Source: an uncultured Bacilli bacterium | GTDB taxonomy: Bacteria; Bacillota_I; Bacilli_A; RF39; UBA660 | Direction of reading: 5' to 3' | NCBI GenBank assembly: GCA_934102055.1 | Contig: CAKOSE010000001.1 | Span: forward strand, 53,740 to 117,739 | DNA length: 64,000 nucleotides | Shown here: piece by piece, positions 1 to 9,558 of the stretch | Numbering within the stretch: position 1 is the stretch's first letter | Layout of the letters: every line of letters starts with the position of its first letter | Made by a program: the position numbers and the translations under genes | The notes under the pieces: generated by a model | What the model was told of the DNA's origin: nothing | Database searches by the model: none | Seen by the model: only the letters and a program-made list of their open reading frames with translations

Positions 1-1467
1 GATATAAGTAATTTAGATAGTTTTGCAAAAGATGAAGAAAAGGTATTAAAAATATTTAGATTAGCAAATAAGAAAGCATTAGAGAAAACAGATAGAATGA
101 CATATCAAGCAATGGAGAGTTTTATTCATAATTTAAATACAATGCATTCAAGAGCAGGTGCTCAAGTACCTTTTTCATCAGTAAATTTAGGAACTGATAC
201 ATCAAGTGAAGGAAGAATGGTTATTAAAAACTTTTTACTTGCAACAGATAGTGGTCTTGGAAGGGGAGAAACTCCGATTTTTCCAGTATCTATATTTAAA
301 GTAAAGGAAGGAGTAAATTACAATAAAAAAGATCCAAATTATGATTTGTTCCATTTAGCATGTTGTGTATCTGCAAAAAGATTATTTCCTAATTTTTCGT
401 TTATAGATGCACCATTTAATAAGGAGTATTATAAAGAAGGAAATTATAAAACTGAAGTTGGTTACATGGGTTGCAGGACTAGAGTAATGGGTAATGTAGT
501 AGATCCTAATAAAGCAATAACTCCGGGAAGAGGGAATTTATCATTTACTTCGATTAACTTAGTAAGAATTGGAATAAAGCATGGTATTTTAAATAATGAA
601 AAACCTGATTATGAAGGATTCTACAAGGAGTTAACAGAAATGATGGATCTTGTAAGAGATCAGTTGTTAGAGAGATTTGATCTTCAATGTATGAAGAAAG
701 TATATAATTTTCCGTTTTTGCTTGGTCAAGGTATTTGGATAGATTCTAAGGGATTAAAAAATAATGATAAGATAAAAAGGGTTTTAAAACAAGGAACACT
801 TAGTATAGGATTTATAGGTTTAGCAGAATGTCTTAAGGCTTTAATAGGAAAGCATCATGGAGAAAATAAACAGGCTTGGGATAAGGGATATGAAATAATA
901 AAGTTTATGAGAGATAAATGTGATGAGTATTCTAGGGATTATAAGTTAAACTTTACATTACTTGCTACTCCTGCTGAAGGTTTATCAGGAAGATTTACTG
1001 CAATAGATAAGTCGATATATGGAAAGATAAAGGGTGTTACAGATAGGGAATATTATACAAATTCATTTCATATACCAGTTCATTATAAAATAACTGTAGA
1101 TAAAAAAATAAAGGCAGAAGCACCATTTCATGCATTAACTAATGCTGGTCACATAACTTATGTTGAGTTAGATGGAGATCCAACTAGTAATGTTCAAGCT
1201 TTTGAGAAGATAGTAAGGCAAATGAAGGAAACTGGAATAGGATATGGTGCAATAAATCATCCGGTTGATAGAGATCCTGTGTGTGGTTTTACCGGAGTAA
1301 TAAATGATATTTGTCCAGGATGTGGCAGAACTGAAAATGATGGAGTAAAATTTGAAAGAATAAGGCGTATAACAGGTTATTTAGTAGGAACAGTAGATAG
1401 ATTTAACAATAGTAAAAGAGCAGAAGAAAGGGATCGTGTTAAACATAATAAAGTTCATGAAAATTAG
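1..1467 (+). CDS. nrdD: Anaerobic ribonucleoside-triphosphate reductase NrdD (class III), 5'-truncated by window edge
   Basis: Frame is open from position 1. C-terminal zinc-ribbon CPGCG and glycyl-radical motif RITGYLVG are present. The NrdG activase gene follows. Confidence 0.9.
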   Translation, partial: DISNLDSFAKDEEKVLKIFRLANKKALEKTDRMTYQAMESFIHNLNTMHSRAGAQVPFSSVNLGTDTSSEGRMVIKNFLLATDSGLGRGETPIFPVSIFKVKEGVNYNKKDPNYDLFHLACCVSAKRLFPNFSFIDAPFNKEYYKEGNYKTEVGYMGCRTRVMGNVVDPNKAITPGRGNLSFTSINLVRIGIKHGILNNEKPDYEGFYKELTEMMDLVRDQLLERFDLQCMKKVYNFPFLLGQGIWIDSKGLKNNDKIKRVLKQGTLSIGFIGLAECLKALIGKHHGENKQAWDKGYEIIKFMRDKCDEYSRDYKLNFTLLATPAEGLSGRFTAIDKSIYGKIKGVTDREYYTNSFHIPVHYKITVDKKIKAEAPFHALTNAGHITYVELDGDPTSNVQAFEKIVRQMKETGIGYGAINHPVDRDPVCGFTGVINDICPGCGRTENDGVKFERIRRITGYLVGTVDRFNNSKRAEERDRVKHNKVHEN

Positions 1468-1996
1468 ATTAGCAAGTGAGGATATCTTAACAGATAGTAT
1501 AGTAGATGGTGAAGGACTACGTGCTGTTATATGGACTCAAGGTTGTTTCCATAACTGTAAGGGGTGTCATAATCCTGAAACGCATGATTTTACAAAGGGA
1601 ATACTAAAAGACGTCGAAGAAATAAAACAAAAAATAAAAAATTTAACACTTCAAGATGGGATAACTCTTTCTGGAGGAGATCCCTTCTTTCAAATAGAAG
1701 CCTCTAAAGAGATAGCAAAGTATGCAAAGGAAATAGGATTATCAGTATGGGCTTATACTGGGTTTACTTTTGAAGAATTATTAAAAAATGAAAAAGCAAG
1801 AGATTTTTTAAAGTATATAGATGTACTGGTTGATGGAAAATTTGAAATAGAAAATAAAAGTTTAAACATAAAATTTAGAGGTTCTACTAATCAAAGAATA
1901 ATAAATGTACAAAGATCTTTAAAAACAGGAAAGACAGTTCAAATAAGAAAATATGATCAGAAACCTAAAAAACAAAAGAAGGTATTATATTTATGA
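1436..1996 (+). CDS. nrdG: Anaerobic ribonucleotide reductase activating protein (radical SAM)
   Basis: CxxxCxxC-like cluster CFHNCKGCHN. Size and position after nrdD fit. The ORF opens with GTG at 1436; the ATG at 1457 (MKIR...) is an alternative start. Confidence 0.85.
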   Translation: MLNIIKFMKIRLASEDILTDSIVDGEGLRAVIWTQGCFHNCKGCHNPETHDFTKGILKDVEEIKQKIKNLTLQDGITLSGGDPFFQIEASKEIAKYAKEIGLSVWAYTGFTFEELLKNEKARDFLKYIDVLVDGKFEIENKSLNIKFRGSTNQRIINVQRSLKTGKTVQIRKYDQKPKKQKKVLYL

Positions 1997-2253
1997 TAGA
2001 TAATTATATGTTATATAAAAATCTTCCATCACTTGATTTACATGGGGAAACTGCATTTTCAAGTAGAGTTTTATTAAAGGAATTTATAAGTAATAATAAA
2101 AAATTAAATAATAAATTAATAATAATAATTCATGGTATAGGAAAGGGGATTTTGAAAGAAGAGATACATCATCAGTTAAAGCTTAATAAAGATGTAAAGA
2201 TATATAAACAAGATATATTTAATAAAGGGGTAACGGTTGTAGAACTTTATTAG
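1993..2253 (+). CDS. Smr-domain protein
   Basis: LDLHG...IIIIHGIGKG motifs typical of the Smr (small MutS-related) domain. 4-nt overlap with nrdG. Confidence 0.55.
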   Translation: MIDNYMLYKNLPSLDLHGETAFSSRVLLKEFISNNKKLNNKLIIIIHGIGKGILKEEIHHQLKLNKDVKIYKQDIFNKGVTVVELY

Positions 2254-2346
2254 ATATTTACATTAATTTGTAAACTAGATACTTTTATTCTTGAAAAAAC
2301 ATATCAAATGGTGATAAATAAGTTATAATGAGATTGAAAGGAGAAA

Positions 2347-3693
2347 GTGAAAATGAAAAGAAAAATATTATACTCTTTATTAATTGGTTTATCTTTTGGG
2401 TTAGTAAGTATTAGTACAGTAAGTGCTGCTACTCCAACTAGGGAATGGTGTTTTGGTTTTGATAAGGATACTGGTACAATAACTAATTATAAAAATTATA
2501 GTTATAAGTGTTCTACTGATGTAGTAATACCTAGTACAATCGGAGGAATTACAGTAGAGAGAATTGGTGCAAGGGCATTTATGGATGATTGTATAAGTAG
2601 TGTTGTGATACCAAGTACTGTTAAAACGATAGGTAATTTAGCTTTTGCAGAAAATATGCTAACAAAAATAGATATACCAAAAACTGTAACTAAAATAGGA
2701 TATGCTGCTTTTAATAATAATCCTGCAGAAAATATAACATTTATTTATGATAGGCAAGATAGTACAAAGCTAATAAGTGTTGCAATGGATGCTGATGCAT
2801 ATACATATAAGTATGAATATATAGATGTAAAAGTTCCTTCTGGTGTAAAAACTATAGGTAAAAAAGCATTTTATGGTATGTATATTGATAATTTAGATAT
2901 TTCACATGGAGTGGAAACTTTAGAAGATCAAGCTTTATATGGTTCTTATATCTATAATATAGTTGTTTCAAGCAAGATTAAAAATCCTAATTATGATGTT
3001 GATATAGAACAAATTCCTGGAGCAGAAACAATATATCATAGTTGGTATTATTATGATGAAGATTGGAATTATCTAGGGGATAAGTATGATTCTAGTATGA
3101 AGATAGGTTCTTTAGTTGCTAATCGTTATATTCAACCAGAAGCATATATTGCTGGCGGAAAAGCTTTGGCATATAACAAATTAAAACTGTCTTGGGAAAG
3201 TTATGGTTCATATGATGGGGTAGAAATATGGAAACATAATCCTAAAACAGATAAATATGAATATTTTACTAAAACATCAAGAAATAGTGATATAACAATT
3301 ACAAAAGGAGTTGTTCCGGGGAAAGCAAATTGGTTCAAAGTAAGAAGTTATGTAACAACTCCGGATAAGAAAAAACATTATAGTGATTTCTCAGATAAGA
3401 TAAAAATAACAACAAAGTTAAGTACTCCGACTAGTGTAAAAGCTAAAAAGTACAAAAAAGGAATTGCTAAAATAACATGGAAAAAAGTTGCTGGAGCGGA
3501 TGGCTATTCAGTATATAGATATAACAAAAAAACTAATAAGTATACTTTAATTGCTAATACTAAAAATTTATCTTATATAAATAAAAAATTAACAAAAGGA
3601 AAAGGTTATTATTACAAAGTAAGAGCATATAAAGTAGTAGATGGTAAAAAAGTTTATAGTAGTTATTCAAAAAAGAGTTATGTAAGAGTATAA
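2347..3693 (+). CDS. Secreted surface protein: BspA-type leucine-rich repeats plus two FN3-like C-terminal modules
   Basis: N-terminal signal peptide. Repeated IPSTV/IPKTV...IG..AF LRR units. Two repeats of W..V.GADGY.VYRY...YY.KVRAY. Confidence 0.6.
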   Translation: MKMKRKILYSLLIGLSFGLVSISTVSAATPTREWCFGFDKDTGTITNYKNYSYKCSTDVVIPSTIGGITVERIGARAFMDDCISSVVIPSTVKTIGNLAFAENMLTKIDIPKTVTKIGYAAFNNNPAENITFIYDRQDSTKLISVAMDADAYTYKYEYIDVKVPSGVKTIGKKAFYGMYIDNLDISHGVETLEDQALYGSYIYNIVVSSKIKNPNYDVDIEQIPGAETIYHSWYYYDEDWNYLGDKYDSSMKIGSLVANRYIQPEAYIAGGKALAYNKLKLSWESYGSYDGVEIWKHNPKTDKYEYFTKTSRNSDITITKGVVPGKANWFKVRSYVTTPDKKKHYSDFSDKIKITTKLSTPTSVKAKKYKKGIAKITWKKVAGADGYSVYRYNKKTNKYTLIANTKNLSYINKKLTKGKGYYYKVRAYKVVDGKKVYSSYSKKSYVRV

Positions 3694-3724
3694 AAAAAGG
3701 AGAACGGTTAGTTCTCTTTCTTTA
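3692..3724. terminator. Bidirectional rho-independent terminator
   Basis: A-run, stem GAGAAC (3700-3705), loop ggtta, stem GTTCTC (3711-3716), then T-run. Lies between the convergent LRR gene and sspI. Confidence 0.6.
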
Positions 3725-3923
3725 TGTTATTTTTAATTATATTTGCTATTTTTGTCTTTTCACTATCACTAAGTCCATTCCAAAAAAGTTCAAGTAAAAC
3801 ACCAAGACCTGGCAAAATAAGTTCATTATTTGTAATAACAGATTCATTAATTGTAGATATTATTTCTTCTTCGTTATCATCTTTAATCTTATTAATTATA
3901 CTTTTTCTAATGTCAAGTTCCAT
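3708..3923 (-). CDS. sspI: Small acid-soluble spore protein SspI
   Basis: 71 aa with an LPGLGVLLELFW core, closely matching Bacillus SspI (LPGLGVLFEVIW). Length is also conserved. Confidence 0.75.
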   Translation of the reverse strand: MELDIRKSIINKIKDDNEEEIISTINESVITNNELILPGLGVLLELFWNGLSDSEKTKIANIIKNNIKKEN

Positions 3924-4022
3924 TCTATCACCATTTTTATTATGTAAACATTTACAAAAAATATACTAAATTATTGAATTATTTTTTTTGTTATATTATA
4001 CTTAATTAAAAGGAGGAATATA

Positions 4023-4259
4023 ATGAATAATAGAGAAGTAAAACCGTTTACAATGTGGAGACATTTTAAGGGCGGAAAGTCTTTTGTAATTACAGTTGCA
4101 AAACATAGTGAAACAGGGGAAGAATTGGTTATTTATCGTTGTGTTGATAGTAAAAGTGGAATATATGCAAGACCAAAAGAAATGTTTTTGAGTGAAGTTG
4201 ATCATGAAAAGCATCCAGAAGCAACACAAAAGTATCGTTTTGAAGAAATAGTAGATTAA
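4023..4259 (+). CDS. DUF1653 family protein
   Basis: WRHFKGGKS...[14 protein letters not shown]...RPKEMF matches the DUF1653 signature. Confidence 0.75.
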   Translation: MNNREVKPFTMWRHFKGGKSFVITVAKHSETGEELVIYRCVDSKSGIYARPKEMFLSEVDHEKHPEATQKYRFEEIVD

Positions 4260-4346
4260 AATTATTATTTATGTAATAACTTTTTTGTGATTTGAAGTTT
4301 TATAAATGCAATTGGTATAAATTATTAGTAAAGAGGAGATGATTAT

Positions 4347-4898
4347 ATGACATTAGGCATAGTAATAGCTATTATAGTTGTAATAATAATTTTATGGTTT
4401 ATAGCAACATATAATAAACTAGTAGGATTAAGAAACAAAAAGGATGATCAGTGGTCACAGATAGAGGTACAACTAAAAAGAAGGGCTGATTTAATACCTA
4501 ATTTAGTTGAGACAGTAAAAGGTTATGCAAAGCATGAAAAGCAAACGTTTGAAGAGGTTATAAAAGCTCGTAATACATATTTAGAGGCAAAGACACCAGA
4601 AGAAGAGATGAAGGCAAGTTCTGGGGTATCAAATGCTTTATCAAGATTATTTGCTTTAGCAGAAAACTATCCAGAATTAAAGGCAAATACAAACTTTTTA
4701 TCACTTCAAAATGATTTAAAGGATACTGAAGATAAAATTTCATATGCTAGACAGTTTTATAATGATTCAGTACTTACATACAATAATAAAGTAGAAATGG
4801 TGCCATCAAATATTGTGGCTAATATAACTGGGTTTAAAAAAGGGACTTTCTTCGAAGCGGAAGAAAAAGATAAAGAAGCACCAAAAGTTAGCTTCTAA
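4347..4898 (+). CDS. lemA: LemA family membrane protein
   Basis: N-terminal TM, then NKLVGLRNKKDDQWSQIEVQLKRRADLIPNLVETVKGYAKHEK, which is canonical LemA. Confidence 0.85.
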   Translation: MTLGIVIAIIVVIIILWFIATYNKLVGLRNKKDDQWSQIEVQLKRRADLIPNLVETVKGYAKHEKQTFEEVIKARNTYLEAKTPEEEMKASSGVSNALSRLFALAENYPELKANTNFLSLQNDLKDTEDKISYARQFYNDSVLTYNNKVEMVPSNIVANITGFKKGTFFEAEEKDKEAPKVSF

Positions 4899-4903
4899 TA
4901 TAG

Positions 4904-4928
4904 GACTTACTTTTGTAAGTCTTTTTTT
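4904..4928 (+). terminator. Intrinsic terminator/attenuator between lemA and the DUF2207 gene
   Basis: Perfect 7-bp stem GACTTAC/GTAAGTC, loop TTTT, then a T7 run. Confidence 0.55.
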
Positions 4929-4941
4929 AAGGGAGAAAAGT

Positions 4942-6636
4942 ATGAAGAGATATGGATTTATTTTGTTGATATTAATATCTTTCTTTATAATAGGAAATGT
5001 AAATGCTCAAGATATAAAAAGAATAACTATGGATATTAATATAGATCAAACAGGAACGGCACATGTAAAGGAAAATTGGGTTATTTATTTTGATAAGAAT
5101 GAAAATCTGACTGAGGTGTATAAACCGTACAATAATATAGGGAAATCAAAGTTTCAGAATTTTAAGGTGAGTTTAAATAATAAAAACTACACTAATATAA
5201 AATGGAAAATTGATGAGACATTTAATTATAAAAAGTATAAAAATGGAATAAATTATACAGATGATGGAATAGAACTTTGCTGGGGAATAAGTGAAAAGGG
5301 AAAAACAAATACTTATAATATTTCGTATGACGTAACAAATTTTGTGGCAAAGTTAACTGATGCTGATATGGTTTATTGGACTCTTATTCCAAAAAATTTA
5401 AATGATTCACCGGAGAGTGTTTATATAAAAATACATAGTGATTTTAAAAAATACAGTAATGATTTACCTGTCTTTGGATATGGTAAATATGGTGCTCCAA
5501 CGTATGTATATGATGGTTATATAGAAATGAGTACAAATGAAGTTTTAGATAAATCTGAGTACATGACTGTATTAGTAAAATTTCCAAAGGATACGTTTAA
5601 TAATGAGAATGCAATAGATCAAAATTTTGATTATTACTTAGATATGGCTGAGAATGGTTCAATTGATTATATAAGTGATGATAATGAAAGTGGTTTTGGA
5701 AGTTTTGTTTATTTTTTAGAAGAATATTTTCCAGTTATTATAATAGTATTAATTACAATAATAGGAATAGCAATACCAAAGTCCAGAATAACTGGGAGTA
5801 AAAGGATAAAACTAAGGAAAGAAGATAAAAAACTTCCGAAGGAAGTAAATTATATAAGAGATATTCCATGTAATAAGGATATTTATAGAGCATACTGGAT
5901 TGCTAAAACATATAGATTAAATAGTAAAGATACAGATCTTTTAGGAGCAGTACTTCTTAAATGGCTTAATGAAAATAAAATAGAAATTCAAAAAGAATCA
6001 AAAGAAGGAATTTTTAAAAAAGAAAAGTCGAAATTACTTTTAAAACAAAATTTAACATTTGATAATGAAGAAGAAGCTAGGTTATATAAAATGTTAACAG
6101 AGGCAAGTGGGGACTATGTTTTAGAGGCAAAAGAGTTTAAAACTTGGGCAACTGATCATTATACAAAAATACTTGGATGGTTTGAAACTATTTTGGATAA
6201 GGAATCTACTAAAATGGGACAGGAACATATTATAACAGCATTATCAGCTAGTAAGTATGAATCTACTGCTAAGTTATATAATGAAGCAGTAGCTTTAAAG
6301 GGATTTAAAAAGTTTTTGTTAGATTTTTCGAGAATTCATGAGAAAGAACCTTTAGAAGTTCATTTATGGAAGGAATATTTAATGTTTGCACAAGTTCTTG
6401 GTATAGCAGAAAAGGTTGCTAAAGATTTTAAAGATATATATCCAGATATGATTCCAGAGGATTATATTGATGATTTTGATTTTATATATTTTGTATCTTA
6501 TGCTGGAATGAATAGTGCTACAACTGCGCAAACAAGAGCAGAATCATATAATTCAGGTGGTGGAGGTTTTTCATCTGGTGGTGGTGGTTTTGGTTCTTTT
6601 GGAGGCGGAGGCTTCGGTGGAGGCGGAGGCCGTTAA
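4942..6636 (+). CDS. DUF2207-domain membrane protein with Gly-rich C-terminal tail
   Basis: Signal peptide, central TM, C-terminal GGGGFSSGGGGFGSFGGGGFGGGGGR. A LemA-DUF2207 gene pair is a common arrangement. Confidence 0.7.
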   Translation: MKRYGFILLILISFFIIGNVNAQDIKRITMDINIDQTGTAHVKENWVIYFDKNENLTEVYKPYNNIGKSKFQNFKVSLNNKNYTNIKWKIDETFNYKKYKNGINYTDDGIELCWGISEKGKTNTYNISYDVTNFVAKLTDADMVYWTLIPKNLNDSPESVYIKIHSDFKKYSNDLPVFGYGKYGAPTYVYDGYIEMSTNEVLDKSEYMTVLVKFPKDTFNNENAIDQNFDYYLDMAENGSIDYISDDNESGFGSFVYFLEEYFPVIIIVLITIIGIAIPKSRITGSKRIKLRKEDKKLPKEVNYIRDIPCNKDIYRAYWIAKTYRLNSKDTDLLGAVLLKWLNENKIEIQKESKEGIFKKEKSKLLLKQNLTFDNEEEARLYKMLTEASGDYVLEAKEFKTWATDHYTKILGWFETILDKESTKMGQEHIITALSASKYESTAKLYNEAVALKGFKKFLLDFSRIHEKEPLEVHLWKEYLMFAQVLGIAEKVAKDFKDIYPDMIPEDYIDDFDFIYFVSYAGMNSATTAQTRAESYNSGGGGFSSGGGGFGSFGGGGFGGGGGR

Positions 6637-6661
6637 GTGGTGTTAAATATTGTCATAAATA

Positions 6662-6690
6662 TTGACAAAGATTGCTAAAAATGATAGAAT
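6662..6690 (+). promoter_or_regulatory. Sigma-A-like promoter (TTGACA-17-TAGAAT) preceded by a tandem TAAATATTGWCA repeat
   Basis: ttgaca at 6662-6667, a 17-nt spacer, tagaat at 6685-6690. 'taaatattgtca taaatattgaca' is a direct tandem at 6644-6667. Confidence 0.5.
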
Positions 6691-6734
6691 ATAAAAGCAT
6701 AAAAACAAAAACCATATAGCTAGGGGGAAGTGCA

Positions 6735-7283
6735 ATGAAATATGAAGTGCCGAGTGCTTTTATACTAAATAGAAATGATGTTCAATACTTTTATGTTGAA
6801 GGAAAGAATTATAAGAAAAAGACACCTACTTATCATGTATATTATGGTGTAAACCAAAAACCAGTTTTTTTTGAAGCGGAGAACTTTGGTAAAGTACATG
6901 GGATAGATGAGGTTCAAAGAATTTCTACTTTTACATTTAAAGCAGGGCTTGATTTAAGAAAAAATTTAGGTACTAATCCTGAGGCTGATGAGACATATAA
7001 TAGTTTATGTGAGATATATAATCAAGTGGTGAATAAACAAGATAAGAATATTAATTTAAATAAGACATCTAGAAATAAATTAATTAAAGCTATAGATAGT
7101 TATAATAAGATAAAAGATAGTCTATCACAAGAAGTTGCAATACCTTTTGAAGAGAATTATAGACTTGTAAATAATATAAAGGATTATGAACAAAATAGAG
7201 TAAAGAATATAGAAAATTATCAAGAAAATATAGAAGAAGTTAAAGAAAAGGGCTTACAAAGAGTCTTAAAACAAGCAGCGTAA
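6735..7283 (+). CDS. Hypothetical protein
   Basis: ORF with an RBS (agggggaag). The C-terminal half is Lys/Glu/Asn-rich and probably coiled-coil. Confidence 0.4.
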   Translation: MKYEVPSAFILNRNDVQYFYVEGKNYKKKTPTYHVYYGVNQKPVFFEAENFGKVHGIDEVQRISTFTFKAGLDLRKNLGTNPEADETYNSLCEIYNQVVNKQDKNINLNKTSRNKLIKAIDSYNKIKDSLSQEVAIPFEENYRLVNNIKDYEQNRVKNIENYQENIEEVKEKGLQRVLKQAA

Positions 7284-7316
7284 AACCTGCTTTTACTTTT
7301 AGAAAGGAAAATAATT

Positions 7317-8621
7317 ATGAATAAAGTAACACCAAAAATAATGTCAGGATTTATGGAACTGCTTCCTGAAGATCAGATTTTATTTAATGAAATAGTAGAT
7401 AAGATTAGAAAATCATATGAAAAATTTGGTTTTCTACCAATAGATACTCCAATACTAGAATCATCTGAAGTATTACTAGCAAAGGCTGGGGGAGAAACTG
7501 AAAAACAAATATATCGTTTTAAAAAAGGTGAGAATGATATATCGTTAAGATTTGATTTAACAGTGCCGTTTGCAAGATATGTATCAATGAGATATAATGA
7601 CTTAGTTTTTCCGTTTAAAAGATATCAAATAGGAAAGGTTTATCGTGGTGAAAGACCTCAAAAAGGAAGATATAGGGAGTTTTATCAATGTGATGTAGAT
7701 GTAATTGGGGAAAATATAAGCGTCATGTATGATGCAGAGATGATTGAGGTAATTTATAACACATTTAAAGAACTAGATTTTGGAAAGTTTAAAGTTCGTA
7801 TTAATAATAGAAAATTATTAAATGGATTATTTACATATTTAAATTTAGAGAGTAAATCAGTAGAAGTTTTAAGGATAATTGATAAACTAGAAAAAATTGG
7901 GAAAGATGAAGTGAAAAACGAACTTGAAAAGATTTCTATTACTGAAGATAAGATAAATAAAATATTAGAATTTGTTAATATAAAAGGGACAAATGATGAA
8001 ATTATATCTTTGCTTGAGAGATTAAACATTGAAAACGAAACATTTAATAAGGGCCTAGAGGAAATTAAACAAGTTTTAGATATGGTTAAAATTTCAGTGC
8101 CAGAAGATTACTATGTGATAGACTTAACAATAGCAAGAGGTTTAGATTATTATACAGGTACTATTTATGAAACAACACTAAATGATTATCCTAGTCTTGG
8201 AAGTGTTTGTTCTGGTGGTAGATATGATAATTTAACAGATTATTATATAGATAAATCATTAAGTGGAGTAGGTATTTCAATAGGGCTTACAAGATTATTT
8301 TATCAGCTAAAAGAAGCTAAGATAATATCTTCGAGGGCAAAGACATTGACAAAAGTGTTAGTGATACCATTTCAAAAAGAAAATTTAAAATATGCTAAAG
8401 AAGTTGCATCATATTTAAGGGATAAAAATATCATATGTGATGTTTATTATGAAGATAAGAATTTAAAACAAAAGCTTAAATATGCTAATAGATTAGACAT
8501 TCCATATGTTTGTATTTTAGGAGAAGATGAAGAAAAGCAAGGTTTAGTAACAATCAAAAACATGGAAACTGGAATGCAAAATAAAGTAAAATTGAGTGAA
8601 ATGACAAAAGAAATAAAGTAA
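7317..8621 (+). CDS. hisS: Histidine--tRNA ligase
   Basis: Class II aaRS motifs (FRYE-like RYREFYQCDVDVIG, GGRYDNL) and a C-terminal anticodon-binding domain. 434 aa. Confidence 0.85.
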   Translation: MNKVTPKIMSGFMELLPEDQILFNEIVDKIRKSYEKFGFLPIDTPILESSEVLLAKAGGETEKQIYRFKKGENDISLRFDLTVPFARYVSMRYNDLVFPFKRYQIGKVYRGERPQKGRYREFYQCDVDVIGENISVMYDAEMIEVIYNTFKELDFGKFKVRINNRKLLNGLFTYLNLESKSVEVLRIIDKLEKIGKDEVKNELEKISITEDKINKILEFVNIKGTNDEIISLLERLNIENETFNKGLEEIKQVLDMVKISVPEDYYVIDLTIARGLDYYTGTIYETTLNDYPSLGSVCSGGRYDNLTDYYIDKSLSGVGISIGLTRLFYQLKEAKIISSRAKTLTKVLVIPFQKENLKYAKEVASYLRDKNIICDVYYEDKNLKQKLKYANRLDIPYVCILGEDEEKQGLVTIKNMETGMQNKVKLSEMTKEIK

Positions 8622-8622
8622 T

Positions 8623-9417
8623 ATGGAAACGAAAGACATAGAAAGAAGTATTATAAAGACATATAAATCGAAAATATATGGAAAGTTTCTAAAAGCTGTA
8701 AAGGAGTATAATCTTGTTCAAAATAATGATAAAATAGCAATATGTATATCTGGGGGAAAGGATTCATTTCTTTTGGCAAAGTGTATGCAAGAGCTTAAAA
8801 AACATAGTAAATATAAAATAGATTTAGAATTTATAATAATGGATCCTGGTTATAGAACTGAAAATTTAAATTTAATAAAAGAAAATTTGAAGAAACTAGG
8901 GATAGATGCCACAATATATAAAAGTAATATATTCAATGAGATTAAAGATACAACTTCACCTTGTTATTTGTGTGCTAGAAAAAGAAGAGGTTTTTTGTAC
9001 GCTAAAGCGAAGGAACTTGGATGTAATAAAATAGCATTAGGACATCATTTTGACGATGTGATTGAAACTATATTGTTAAATATAATTTATGCTGGAGAAT
9101 ATAAAACTATGATGCCTAAACTTAAAAGTATAAATTTTGAGAATATGGAATTAATAAGACCTCTTTATTTTATAAAGGAAAAAGATATAGTATCATGGAA
9201 ACATCATTGTAACTTAGATTTCTTAGATTGTGCGTGTGGTGTTACAAAATCTAAGTTAGGGAAAAGAAGAGAAGTAAAAGAACTTATAGAATCGTTAAGA
9301 AAGATAGATAAAAACATAGATATACATATCTTTAAAAGTAGTGAGAATATAAATATAGATGCAGTACTGGGATATAAAACAAAGAATAAGAAAGTATCAT
9401 TTTTGGATGAATATTAG
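8623..9417 (+). CDS. PP-loop ATPase, TtcA-like tRNA thiolation protein
   Basis: SGGKDS PP-loop; CYLCARKRRG and C..C Cys pairs. The start is 1 nt after the hisS stop. Confidence 0.6.
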   Translation: METKDIERSIIKTYKSKIYGKFLKAVKEYNLVQNNDKIAICISGGKDSFLLAKCMQELKKHSKYKIDLEFIIMDPGYRTENLNLIKENLKKLGIDATIYKSNIFNEIKDTTSPCYLCARKRRGFLYAKAKELGCNKIALGHHFDDVIETILLNIIYAGEYKTMMPKLKSINFENMELIRPLYFIKEKDIVSWKHHCNLDFLDCACGVTKSKLGKRREVKELIESLRKIDKNIDIHIFKSSENINIDAVLGYKTKNKKVSFLDEY

Positions 9418-9468
9418 TTTAAAAAAATTTATTTTTCCACTTAAATCTAGCTATATAATATGAAAAAC

Positions 9469-9507
9469 GAATAAATGTTTGACAAATACTAAAATTTATG
9501 TTATAAT
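9469..9507 (+). promoter_or_regulatory. Consensus sigma-A promoter (TTGACA-17-TATAAT) with a LexA-box-like palindrome overlapping the -35
   Basis: gaataaatgtttgaca; ttgaca at 9479-9484, tataat at 9502-9507. The palindrome GAAT-N4-GTTT resembles the Cheo-type GAAC-N4-GTTC box. Confidence 0.45.
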
Positions 9508-9558
9508 TTAGACACTTAATTAAAGATTACCAAAATAGTATAAGGGGGCTAGGTAATT

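Noticed and set aside
3724-3969. 81-aa plus-strand ORF
   Set aside because: It lies entirely antisense to the well-supported sspI gene and encodes a low-complexity Leu/Ser/Ile-rich sequence. It is a by-product of the AT-rich antisense frame.
4002-4229. 75-aa minus-strand ORF
   Set aside because: It is antisense to the DUF1653 gene, which has a strong family signature. There is no RBS.
6540-6636. GC-rich patch
   Set aside because: It is explained by GGN glycine codons of the DUF2207 Gly-rich tail, not by foreign origin. This contrasts with the patch at 20921-21068.
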